Shown: in pieces, positions 25,335-32,000 of the stretch
Numbering within the stretch: the first letter of the stretch is position 1
Layout: each line of letters begins with the position of its first letter
Source of the DNA: Candidatus Hadarchaeales archaeon
GTDB lineage: Archaea; Hadarchaeota; Hadarchaeia; Hadarchaeales; Hadarchaeaceae
NCBI GenBank assembly: GCA_038823825.1
Contig: JAWBCC010000001.1
Span: forward strand, 270,001-302,000
Direction of reading: 5' to 3'
DNA: 32,000 nt
Position numbers and translations under genes: made by a program
Notes under the pieces: generated by a model
The model's database searches: none
Told to the model about the DNA's origin: nothing
The model's input: only the letters and a program-made list of their open reading frames with translations

Positions 25335-25760
25335 TCACATCACCATTGAGGCAATCCCAGCAACCTTGGGCCATCTTTCGGCTGCTTCTTTGGCCATCGG
25401 TCCTTTTATCTCAGAACCTTTAGGCGATCCGTCGGGATTTATTATGACTGCAGCATTATCTTCAAATTTTATTCTAATTCCATCGGTTCGGCGATACTCT
25501 TTCCTCTGTCGTATTATAACTGCCTGAGCAAGCTGCTTTTTGAGTTCCGGAGTTCCCTTCTTTATTGACACAATAACAGAGTCGCCAACTCCAGCTTTTG
25601 GCATTCTCTTCCTAGTCCCATGATAACCGATCACGCTGATTATCTGAAGTTCCTTAGCTCCGGTGTTATCTGCGCACACCAATCTCGCTCCTACGGGCAA
25701 TACCTTCGTTGGTTTCACTGGAGACACTCCAAACGCTTCACCAGCCCCTTTCTTTCCCAT
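25335..25760 (-). CDS. rpl14: 50S ribosomal protein L14 (uL14)
   Basis: 141-aa ORF with [19 protein letters not shown] and [25 protein letters not shown]. Confidence 0.95.
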   Translation of the reverse strand: MGKKGAGEAFGVSPVKPTKVLPVGARLVCADNTGAKELQIISVIGYHGTRKRMPKAGVGDSVIVSIKKGTPELKKQLAQAVIIRQRKEYRRTDGIRIKFEDNAAVIINPDGSPKGSEIKGPMAKEAAERWPKVAGIASMVM

Positions 25761-26062
25761 TATCCGCCACCTCCCAGCTTCTCAACGACGACGAAAGACT
25801 TAGTTTTACTCAGCCGTCTGCATTCCATTATTCTAACTCTATCGCCAATTTTCGCATTTATACACGGCGGGTTGTGCGCATGTATTTTTGATGTCCTCCT
25901 CTCATATCGCTCATATTTTGGAACATAATGTAATCTTTCGATTTGCACAGTGACGGTTTTCATCATTCTGTCGCTAACGACGATGCCCTCAAGTACCCTG
26001 CCCCTCACTGAAAGTTGCCCATGCAGCGGACACTTTGGATCGTTGCATTTTTGTTCAGCCAT
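25760..26062 (-). CDS. rps17: 30S ribosomal protein S17 (uS17)
   Basis: 100-aa ORF with [33 protein letters not shown] and [18 protein letters not shown]. Confidence 0.95.
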   Translation of the reverse strand: MAEQKCNDPKCPLHGQLSVRGRVLEGIVVSDRMMKTVTVQIERLHYVPKYERYERRTSKIHAHNPPCINAKIGDRVRIMECRRLSKTKSFVVVEKLGGGG

Positions 26063-26064
26063 GT

Positions 26065-26337
26065 TTATCTCGCCTTCTTTATTCTATCTTCTGGTCTTCC
26101 TACGATTCTCCTTCCTTCTAATTTAATTTCCTTTCCGTCGGGAAGGGTTAAAAAGAAAACGGATGTCTCCTTTGGTATTTTTTTAGGCCCGTTCTTCGTC
26201 TCTAAAACAATCATTTTTTTGCTTTCATCGATAATCTTGCCTTCCAATCCAATCAGCGACCGACATGAGCTCGTCAGAATTTTTACCTTTAGACCAATGA
26301 GTTCGTGTTTTGCAATATCTTTTTCGGATATCTTCAT
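26065..26337 (-). CDS. rnp1: RNase P protein component 1 (Rpp29/Pop4 homologue)
   Basis: 90-aa ORF with [37 protein letters not shown]...IPKETSVFF...[18 protein letters not shown] (Sm-like fold pattern). It holds the conserved archaeal position between SUI1/L29 and S17. Confidence 0.88.
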   Translation of the reverse strand: MKISEKDIAKHELIGLKVKILTSSCRSLIGLEGKIIDESKKMIVLETKNGPKKIPKETSVFFLTLPDGKEIKLEGRRIVGRPEDRIKKAR

Positions 26338-26344
26338 TTCAAGA

Positions 26345-26647
26345 TCACTTCAAATCAATCATTTCAGACGAAAAACCAAGTTCCACAAGGATTTCCTTCA
26401 CTTTCTCCCTGTGATCTCCCTGCAATTCTACGTGGTTGTTCTTAACCGTTCCTCCACAAGCCAATCTAGACTTTAAAGTCTTTGCAATATCCTTCATGGA
26501 TTCTTGACTTACTCCTTCAACAATCGTAACGACTTTACCAAACTTTCTTTTGACAGAATATACCTGAATTCTCTGTTGCTCGCGAGAAATTTCCCGACAA
26601 ACACAGAGATCCTTCGGAAGACCACAGATCTTGCAGATCTCAGGCAG
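26345..26647 (-). CDS. Translation initiation factor aIF1 (SUI1 family), apparent CTG start
   Basis: Missing from the ORF track. Manual translation gives (L/M)[99 protein letters not shown] (100 codons). It matches archaeal SUI1 end to end, including the N-terminal Cys knuckle and the GGTVK/ELQGDHR core. GGAGGGGGA (26654-26662) lies 6 nt upstream of the CTG at 26647-26645. Confidence 0.85.
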   Translation of the reverse strand: MPEICKICGLPKDLCVCREISREQQRIQVYSVKRKFGKVVTIVEGVSQESMKDIAKTLKSRLACGGTVKNNHVELQGDHREKVKEILVELGFSSEMIDLK

Positions 26648-26873
26648 TTTTGATCCCCCTCCCTTGTCGCTTCTCCCTTGCGATTGTCAATATTCTTGCA
26701 ATATCGCGCTTTATCTGTCTGATTTTCATAGGATTCTCAAGAGTACCACCAGCCTTGACAACTGCCCTGGCTCTTGCAAGTTCAGCTCTAAGCTCTCTAA
26801 GTTTCTCCTTCATTTCCTCCTCGCTCATCGCTCTTATTTCCTTCGCTTTCAGAGACGTCCACCTCCTCCACAA
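26640..26873 (-). CDS. rpl29: 50S ribosomal protein L29 (uL29)
   Basis: 77-aa ORF with [30 protein letters not shown]...[18 protein letters not shown]. The start is uncertain because it overlaps the S3 3' end by 77 nt. Confidence 0.9.
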   Translation of the reverse strand: MWRRWTSLKAKEIRAMSEEEMKEKLRELRAELARARAVVKAGGTLENPMKIRQIKRDIARILTIAREKRQGRGIKTA

Positions 26874-27471
26874 CTTTAGGTCCTTCTATCCAAATTTTGT
26901 CCAGAATTGGAGCATCTGGTGGAAGTATCCATACCTTCACTCCTATTGTTCCGGGCTTAGTTAAAGCTTGTGCATAACCATAACTTACATATTTCTGAGC
27001 TAGATCTCCAGTCTTAACGAGATATCCTTGATAAAACCTGACTCGTTTCTTTCTTTCTCCGGCGATCTTCCCAGCAATCACGATCTCGGCCCCCTTGGCT
27101 CCTGCCTCCATTATCCTTCGCAACATCATCTGTCCGACTCTTCTAACGTTTATGCCTCGCTCAATAGCGAAGGCTATTCTTTTGGCCATTATGGGGGCGC
27201 AAAGCTCTGGATTTTTTATCTCAAGGACTTCTATCTGAGGTCTCTCAATTTTGAATCTTTTTTCCAATTCCTCTTCCAGTTGATGTATTTTTCCTCCTTT
27301 TTTTCCGATCACCATTCCCGGTCTTTCAACATAAAGAGCAACTCTCGTCCCAGTTGGAAGCCTTCTGATATCTACGCCAGCATATCCTGCTCTTCCGAGT
27401 GTTTTCTCCAAGAACGTCTCAAGCTCGACTTTTTTGATTCCCATTTCAACGAATTTATCTTTTACGGCCAT
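26797..27471 (-). CDS. rps3: 30S ribosomal protein S3 (uS3)
   Basis: 224-aa ORF with a KH domain: [22 protein letters not shown]. The C-terminal domain has [19 protein letters not shown], followed by an acidic tail. Confidence 0.95.
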   Translation of the reverse strand: MAVKDKFVEMGIKKVELETFLEKTLGRAGYAGVDIRRLPTGTRVALYVERPGMVIGKKGGKIHQLEEELEKRFKIERPQIEVLEIKNPELCAPIMAKRIAFAIERGINVRRVGQMMLRRIMEAGAKGAEIVIAGKIAGERKKRVRFYQGYLVKTGDLAQKYVSYGYAQALTKPGTIGVKVWILPPDAPILDKIWIEGPKVVEEVDVSESEGNKSDERGGNEGET

Positions 27472-27930
27472 TCAGCTCTCCTCCTTCAAGATTATTTCTA
27501 CGTTGGTTAACGGTCTATTCGCTGGCGTAGCTCTTCCAAATGCTCTTGGCATTATTCCAGGAATGACAATCCCTTTATATGCGCTGGCATGCGCGATCAC
27601 GAGCTTTTCCTCGTCCATCCCCTTGTATTTAGCGTTTTCTTCCGCATTCTTCAAGATTTTCAGAATTTCGGTAGCAGCTTTAACCGGATATGCTCCCGGA
27701 CCGATTCCGGTCTTGTGAGCTAACTTCTTTTTATGTGTACGATATGGAACAGGTCTTTTCTTTTTCTTTACCTCTTCCAGAAATTTTTTGGCTTCGCTTA
27801 GTTTCATCCCACGGATTGCCCGACATATTTCGACAGCGTCCTTTGGAGAAATTCTCAATTCTCTACCATAAGCCTTTGCACAAGGTTCGGGTATCTCTCT
27901 AGAATAGCCAAACTTTGGCATCGCAATCAC
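27472..27930 (-). CDS. rpl22: 50S ribosomal protein L22 (uL22)
   Basis: 152-aa ORF with [37 protein letters not shown]. Confidence 0.95.
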   Translation of the reverse strand: MIAMPKFGYSREIPEPCAKAYGRELRISPKDAVEICRAIRGMKLSEAKKFLEEVKKKKRPVPYRTHKKKLAHKTGIGPGAYPVKAATEILKILKNAEENAKYKGMDEEKLVIAHASAYKGIVIPGIMPRAFGRATPANRPLTNVEIILKEES

Positions 27931-28319
27931 TTCAGTGGTATGAACATCGAGCTTCTAGTGGCTCCTATACCAGGTGCCCCATGTACAACTCTTTTTCTTG
28001 TCTGAACAAACTCGCCCAATCTGTGGCCAATCATCTCAGGAACTATTTCAATTGTCACAAACTCCTTCCCGTTGTGAACTGCAAACTTCATACCAACCAT
28101 TTCTGGAAGTATTATCATGTCTCTCAAGTGTGTGCGTATTGGCTTCTGAATATTGTTTTCTTTCCATTTTCTGATCTTTTCAAGAAGTTTTTTGTGTCTT
28201 GGTGAAAACCCCCTCATGATTGTTCTTCTCTGTCTAGCTGGAAGTAATTTGGCGAACTCGATTAAAGACATTTTCTGAAGCTGGTCAAGGGTATATCCTC
28301 TATAAGTGTACTTCTTCAT
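27927..28319 (-). CDS. rps19: 30S ribosomal protein S19 (uS19)
   Basis: 130-aa ORF with [29 protein letters not shown]. Confidence 0.95.
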   Translation of the reverse strand: MKKYTYRGYTLDQLQKMSLIEFAKLLPARQRRTIMRGFSPRHKKLLEKIRKWKENNIQKPIRTHLRDMIILPEMVGMKFAVHNGKEFVTIEIVPEMIGHRLGEFVQTRKRVVHGAPGIGATRSSMFIPLK

Positions 28320-28324
28320 CTACA

Positions 28325-29032
28325 TCACCTCTTACCAGTTCTCCTAGCAGCAATCAGTCCAACCTTCTGTCCCGGCGGCGCACCTCTTCTGATGGTTTTT
28401 GGTCTACCCGCATGTCTCCCTCTACCGCCCCCAAAAGGATGATCGACCACGTTCATCGCCACTCCTTTGACTCTTGGATACGGCTTGCCCTTTGCCAACA
28501 TCAGATGATATTTCTTTCCAGCCTTTAGAAAAGGTTTTTCGTCTCTTCCTCCTCCAGCTACTACACCTATAGTTGCTCTACATCTTGGATCCAGCTCCTT
28601 GAGTTCTCCAGAAGGTAGCTGCACTATTGCTTTTCCTACATCATGCGAAACCAAGATCGCGTATGTGCCTCCCGCTCTCGCCAGTTTTCCACCATCGCCC
28701 GGCTTAAGCTCCACATTATGGATGAGGGTTCCCTCCGGAATTTCCGCGAGTGGCAAAGTGTTTCCAGGTTTTATGGGTGCCGAAGGCGAAGCCATTATTT
28801 TGTCTCCTACCTTTATACCCTCAGGAGCGAGAACGAGTCTCTCCTGTCCATCTTTATATCTTATCCTTGCAACTGGAGCGCTCCTTCCCGGATCATGAAT
28901 GATGTCGACTACCACAGCCTCTCCATCTCTAAGTGGCGGAAGTTTTATCTCTCCAACTCTCCGCCAAGATTTCGCCCGATAAGTTGGGGATCCCTTTCCT
29001 ATTCGCTGAGCTCTGATTATCTTTCCCATCAT
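28325..29032 (-). CDS. rpl2: 50S ribosomal protein L2 (uL2)
   Basis: 235-aa ORF with GNTLPLAEIPEGTLIHNVELKPGDGGKLARAGGTYA and NVVDHPFGGGRGRH. Confidence 0.97.
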   Translation of the reverse strand: MMGKIIRAQRIGKGSPTYRAKSWRRVGEIKLPPLRDGEAVVVDIIHDPGRSAPVARIRYKDGQERLVLAPEGIKVGDKIMASPSAPIKPGNTLPLAEIPEGTLIHNVELKPGDGGKLARAGGTYAILVSHDVGKAIVQLPSGELKELDPRCRATIGVVAGGGRDEKPFLKAGKKYHLMLAKGKPYPRVKGVAMNVVDHPFGGGRGRHAGRPKTIRRGAPPGQKVGLIAARRTGKR

Positions 29033-29292
29033 ATCACCTCCAGTTTGGTGGCCAGATCCATTGCGGAATACTCCGGTGCTAGTTTGACATATGCAAGTTT
29101 CTCGCCTTTCGGACTCCGCAGGATATTGACTTTAACGACTTTCACCTGATAAAGCGCCTCGACCGCTCTTTTAACGTCTATTTTGTTCGCGTCGTCTGCT
29201 ACCACAAAGACGAGTTTATTTTCAGATTCTATCATTCTTACCGCTTTTTCGCTCATTTTAGGATACCTTATGACTTTTTGTGGATCCTTCAT
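29029..29292 (-). CDS. rpl23: 50S ribosomal protein L23 (uL23)
   Basis: The track ORF starts at 29334. ATG 29292 (MKDPQKVIRYPKMSEKAVRMIESENKLVFVV...) overlaps the L4 stop (ATGA) and gives the usual length of about 87 aa. Confidence 0.92.
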   Translation of the reverse strand: MKDPQKVIRYPKMSEKAVRMIESENKLVFVVADDANKIDVKRAVEALYQVKVVKVNILRSPKGEKLAYVKLAPEYSAMDLATKLEVI

Positions 29293-30068
29293 GCGAACAT
29301 GCCTCCAAGTTTTTCTATCGCTTTTTCTGTCCATATTGTTAGTCTCCCCGGTATCCCTCCAGGAGCCAAAAGCTCCGCATTTAGACCTTCAACTGTAGTG
29401 ACATTAACCCCGGGGATATTACGTGCCCCTTTTGTTATTCCTCTGTCTTCTCCCACCACAATAAGTGGTCCGGTAGGCACTCGATATTTTCTACCCCTCA
29501 TTTTTCCTCGTCCGCTTCTTATTTTTGTGTTTCTCATAACCCTTTCTACATCTTTCCAAACACCAATATTTTTAAGAAACTTTTCTACTTCTTTGGCAGA
29601 CTTTAATTCTTCTATCTCTGCAGACACCACCAGCGGAAATTCGGGTATTCCGTCGACAACGTGTCCTCTCTTCATAACAAGCTTTCGGTCTTTTGTTGCA
29701 GCGATCGCAGACATTACAGCTAACTTTTTTTCCTTTTTGTTTATTTTCTCTACCAGCTTTTTCTCCGGTTTCGGTGGATGGGCTCTTCTGCCCCCCACAG
29801 CATGCGGAACAAATCCAGCTCTTCCGGCAGCGGGATATCTGGTTCCTTTTACTCTTGGAACTCTTGAAACACCATAACCCTTACCCCAAGGTTCGGCTGT
29901 GGTTCTTTTACCAGCCATCTCATCCGGGCCGTATGGTTGCCGACGAGCGCTCTGGATCGCGTGAACGGCGCGTCTTATGACGTCTGTACGGATATCTGTT
30001 TCAAAAACTTTTGGCAAGGTTATCTTTTTTGCGACCTTTCCATCAAGCGAATAAACATTTACTTCCAT
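29289..30068 (-). CDS. rpl4: 50S ribosomal protein L4 (uL4)
   Basis: 259-aa ORF with GKRTTAEPWGKGYGVSRVPR and RSGRGKMRGRKY motifs. Confidence 0.95.
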   Translation of the reverse strand: MEVNVYSLDGKVAKKITLPKVFETDIRTDVIRRAVHAIQSARRQPYGPDEMAGKRTTAEPWGKGYGVSRVPRVKGTRYPAAGRAGFVPHAVGGRRAHPPKPEKKLVEKINKKEKKLAVMSAIAATKDRKLVMKRGHVVDGIPEFPLVVSAEIEELKSAKEVEKFLKNIGVWKDVERVMRNTKIRSGRGKMRGRKYRVPTGPLIVVGEDRGITKGARNIPGVNVTTVEGLNAELLAPGGIPGRLTIWTEKAIEKLGGMFA

Positions 30069-30075
30069 ACATTAC

Positions 30076-31077
30076 TCACCCCTGTTGAGACTTTAGACTT
30101 ATGTAAGTGATAGTCGGTGTTCCGCTCGGGAACTTGGGTGGTCTAATCGCCTGTCGCAAAAGAAGCAGTCTCTTTGTTGTCCCTGGAACTGATCCACTAA
30201 CCACTATGTAATCGGACCTTATTGGACCATACCTCAAAAAACCACCTTTCGGTGTTATTTCCTTCCCATTCGTTCCAATTTTTAGTATTCGTTTGTTTAA
30301 CTCTGTTCTCTGGTGATATCCCATCTGTCCAGCCATTGGTACGGTCCACATGACCTTTGCTGGAGTCCAAGGACCGATTGATCCAACCTGTCTCCGCCCC
30401 TTTCTGGTTTTTCTCGGAAGAATCTTTATGCCCCATCTCTTAACCGGTCCTTGGAATCCTTTTCCCTTTGTGATTCCTATAACATCAACAAACTCTCCCT
30501 CATTAAAAATCTTTGAAACCTGAATTTCGGTGCCGAGAATCTTTTTGCAGTATTCCCACTTTTCTTCTAAAGATTTTCCACTAACTCCGGCTTCAACGAT
30601 TTCCGGAGTTTTCTTAGGAACATTCCCCTTCCAAGGTTGTGTGCAGATAATGGCTCGAACATCAACAGCTTTTCCGCTTTTCACAAGCTCTTCGGCTTTA
30701 TTAATCGCTTTTTCAAAGTCGTATTTCTTGATTTTAGGAATTTTTCGGAAAATTTGTTTTGGCAGGTCCTTGGCCCATACTTCATAAATCGCTTTCTTAC
30801 CCCGTTCAGCCTTTGCATAGATGCGAACAGCACAAACGAAAACTGGCGGAGTCTCTAAAACAGTAACTGGCACAGATATCTCTTGCCCATATGTTAAGCT
30901 TCCTTTTCTGTCATCAATTATGAAAACATGACTCATTCCTGCCTTGTACGCAGGAAACAACTGGAGCCTAACCTCTTCCGATATAGGATAAGTCTGTACT
31001 CTACCATAGGGTCTTTTAGCCCTGACTCGCGGCGAAAACGCCAAAGATCCTCTTCTTGGTCTACTCGTCTTTCCCAT
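30076..31077 (-). CDS. rpl3: 50S ribosomal protein L3 (uL3)
   Basis: 333-aa ORF with PRRGSLAFSPRVRA, GKGFQGPVKRWG and VSGSVPGTTKRL. It is the first gene of the cluster. Confidence 0.97.
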   Translation of the reverse strand: MGKTSRPRRGSLAFSPRVRAKRPYGRVQTYPISEEVRLQLFPAYKAGMSHVFIIDDRKGSLTYGQEISVPVTVLETPPVFVCAVRIYAKAERGKKAIYEVWAKDLPKQIFRKIPKIKKYDFEKAINKAEELVKSGKAVDVRAIICTQPWKGNVPKKTPEIVEAGVSGKSLEEKWEYCKKILGTEIQVSKIFNEGEFVDVIGITKGKGFQGPVKRWGIKILPRKTRKGRRQVGSIGPWTPAKVMWTVPMAGQMGYHQRTELNKRILKIGTNGKEITPKGGFLRYGPIRSDYIVVSGSVPGTTKRLLLLRQAIRPPKFPSGTPTITYISLKSQQG

Positions 31078-31155
31078 TTTTTTTGTCCTCCTTCTACTTC
31101 GCTACTTCATTCTTTAGTCAATCGTCAATATAAACTGTGGATATTTAAAAAAGTA
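31078..31155 (-). promoter_or_regulatory. Putative promoter and leader of the L3 ribosomal-protein operon
   Basis: The minus strand reads CTTTTTTAAATATCCACAGTTTATATTGACG...GAAGGAGGACAAAAAAAATG. There are two TATA-like elements, TTTAAATA at 31142-31149 and TTTATATT at about 31126-31133. A strong GGAGGA Shine-Dalgarno sequence precedes the ATG at 31077. The distal TATA overlaps the stop codon of the upstream permease gene. Confidence 0.45.
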
Positions 31156-32000
31156 GAATCTCGGCAGAAATTACGGCCGATGTGGTAAATATGGCAAGAA
31201 GGCTGATGATGAACCCGTATTTGGTAAATTCTGAAAACGAGATCGGATATCCAGACTGGGTGAGTATTTCAGACCACATTATTCCAGCCAGCGAACCCGT
31301 GATCATGGTGCAAGGGCCAATGTCGCTGCCGGCTATTATGGCCAAAGCTACTCCCTTATTTTGAACGTTCAAACTTCTTGAGAAGAAAACAGCCATCGGA
31401 TGATTATTCATAAATCCAGACAACCAACTGGCTGCGAAGCACACTGCTACAATGGATATACTACTCATCCTAAAAATAGAAAAAATGGAGGAGAATCTTG
31501 CTGTCCAACCAGTGTATGCAAGGCCCTCCACAAGTACAAACAGTCCAATAAGATAGGGGGCAATTTTCCAAGGTACTCTAACTGCGATTTTTCTGAGGAG
31601 TTTCCTATAGCTAATGAAAAAGGCGAGCAAAATGGCGAAAATCAAAGAGATGCTCCAAGCCGGAAGTTTTGTTATGCTTTTCGGTAATCCAATTAGAGTT
31701 ATTGTCAGAAAAAGGCAAAGCAGACCGGCCCACATGGCTTTTCTATCTCTTATTATCTCGAGATTTTCTTCCATTTGAACTTCCAGACTCTCTGGTATCT
31801 GTTTTCTGAAGATTATCCAGAGGGCAATCGTACACACCAAAGTTGAAAGAAAGGAAGGAAGCAGCATAAATTTGGCAAATTCTACGAAATCTATACCAAC
31901 AAAATCTGCAACGATGATGTTTGTTGGGTTTCCGATATAAAGTGCCATTCCAGCGATGTTTGTACTAAAAAATTGAAGAAAGAGGAATGGTATTGGATTT
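31145..32000 (-). CDS. ArsB/NhaD-family permease (arsenical-pump-like), 5' end beyond window
   Basis: The track shows a 267-aa ORF from ATG 31948, but the frame stays open to the window edge (...NPIPFLFLQFFSTNIAGMALYIGNPTNIIVADFVGIDF...). GNPTNIIVADF matches the ArsB SNLVNIVSADFF region. The protein is polytopic and hydrophobic throughout. Confidence 0.75.
   Translation of the reverse strand, partial: NPIPFLFLQFFSTNIAGMALYIGNPTNIIVADFVGIDFVEFAKFMLLPSFLSTLVCTIALWIIFRKQIPESLEVQMEENLEIIRDRKAMWAGLLCLFLTITLIGLPKSITKLPAWSISLIFAILLAFFISYRKLLRKIAVRVPWKIAPYLIGLFVLVEGLAYTGWTARFSSIFSIFRMSSISIVAVCFAASWLSGFMNNHPMAVFFSRSLNVQNKGVALAIIAGSDIGPCTMITGSLAGIMWSEILTQSGYPISFSEFTKYGFIISLLAIFTTSAVISAEILLF

Noticed and set aside
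26015-26476. 153-aa plus-strand ORF spanning the S17, Rpp29 and aIF1 genes
   Set aside because: It is antisense to three conserved genes at once, and its hydrophobic low-complexity translation is an artefact of the opposite-strand codon bias.
28599-29877. Plus-strand ORFs (99, 168 and 199 aa) across the L2, L23 and L4 genes
   Set aside because: They are antisense shadows of highly conserved ribosomal-protein genes, with Ser/Pro/Leu-rich translations typical of reverse frames.

Overview
This is a compact archaeal chromosomal window that looks euryarchaeote-like. All calls rest on reading the supplied ORF translations plus my own translation of the gaps. No searches were run.

Gene content:
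- Nearly all of the window is housekeeping. The minus strand carries a HAM1/RdgB-bud32-kae1 cluster. Diverging from it is the archaeal CCA-adding enzyme.
- A translationally coupled gatD-gatE-archease-rtcB-SPOUT(DUF171-like) RNA-maturation operon follows.
- A 20-gene segment of the archaeal ribosomal-protein supercluster runs L3-L4-L23-L2-S19-L22-S3-L29-aIF1-Rpp29-S17-L14-L24-S4e-L5-S14-S8. Two of its genes, S14 and aIF1/SUI1, are missing from the ORF track and were recovered by hand.

Accessory or unusual content:
1. A ~2140-aa secreted ORF has two six-bladed Kelch-like propellers flanking a lamin-tail domain. About 70% of the way along it carries an internal membrane anchor, a Shine-Dalgarno-like site, a TTG and a signal peptide. 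It reads like two surface-protein genes fused in frame, or a polyprotein.
2. A GLIC/ELIC-like pentameric ligand-gated ion channel homologue sits directly upstream of an ArsB/NhaD-type permease.
3. The aIF1 gene has no canonical start codon before its conserved N-terminus and apparently starts at CTG.
4. The ribosomal-protein cluster stops abruptly after S8. It is followed by the only large intergenic gap in the window (284 nt), which holds a duplicated palindrome-containing 14-mer and a long-range inverted repeat, and then by an intron-containing tRNA.
5. A two-gene surface module (secreted protein plus anchored protein) lies between a GalT-like gene and a glycogen-synthase-like gene.

I saw no CRISPR array, transposase, integrase or recognisable defence genes.
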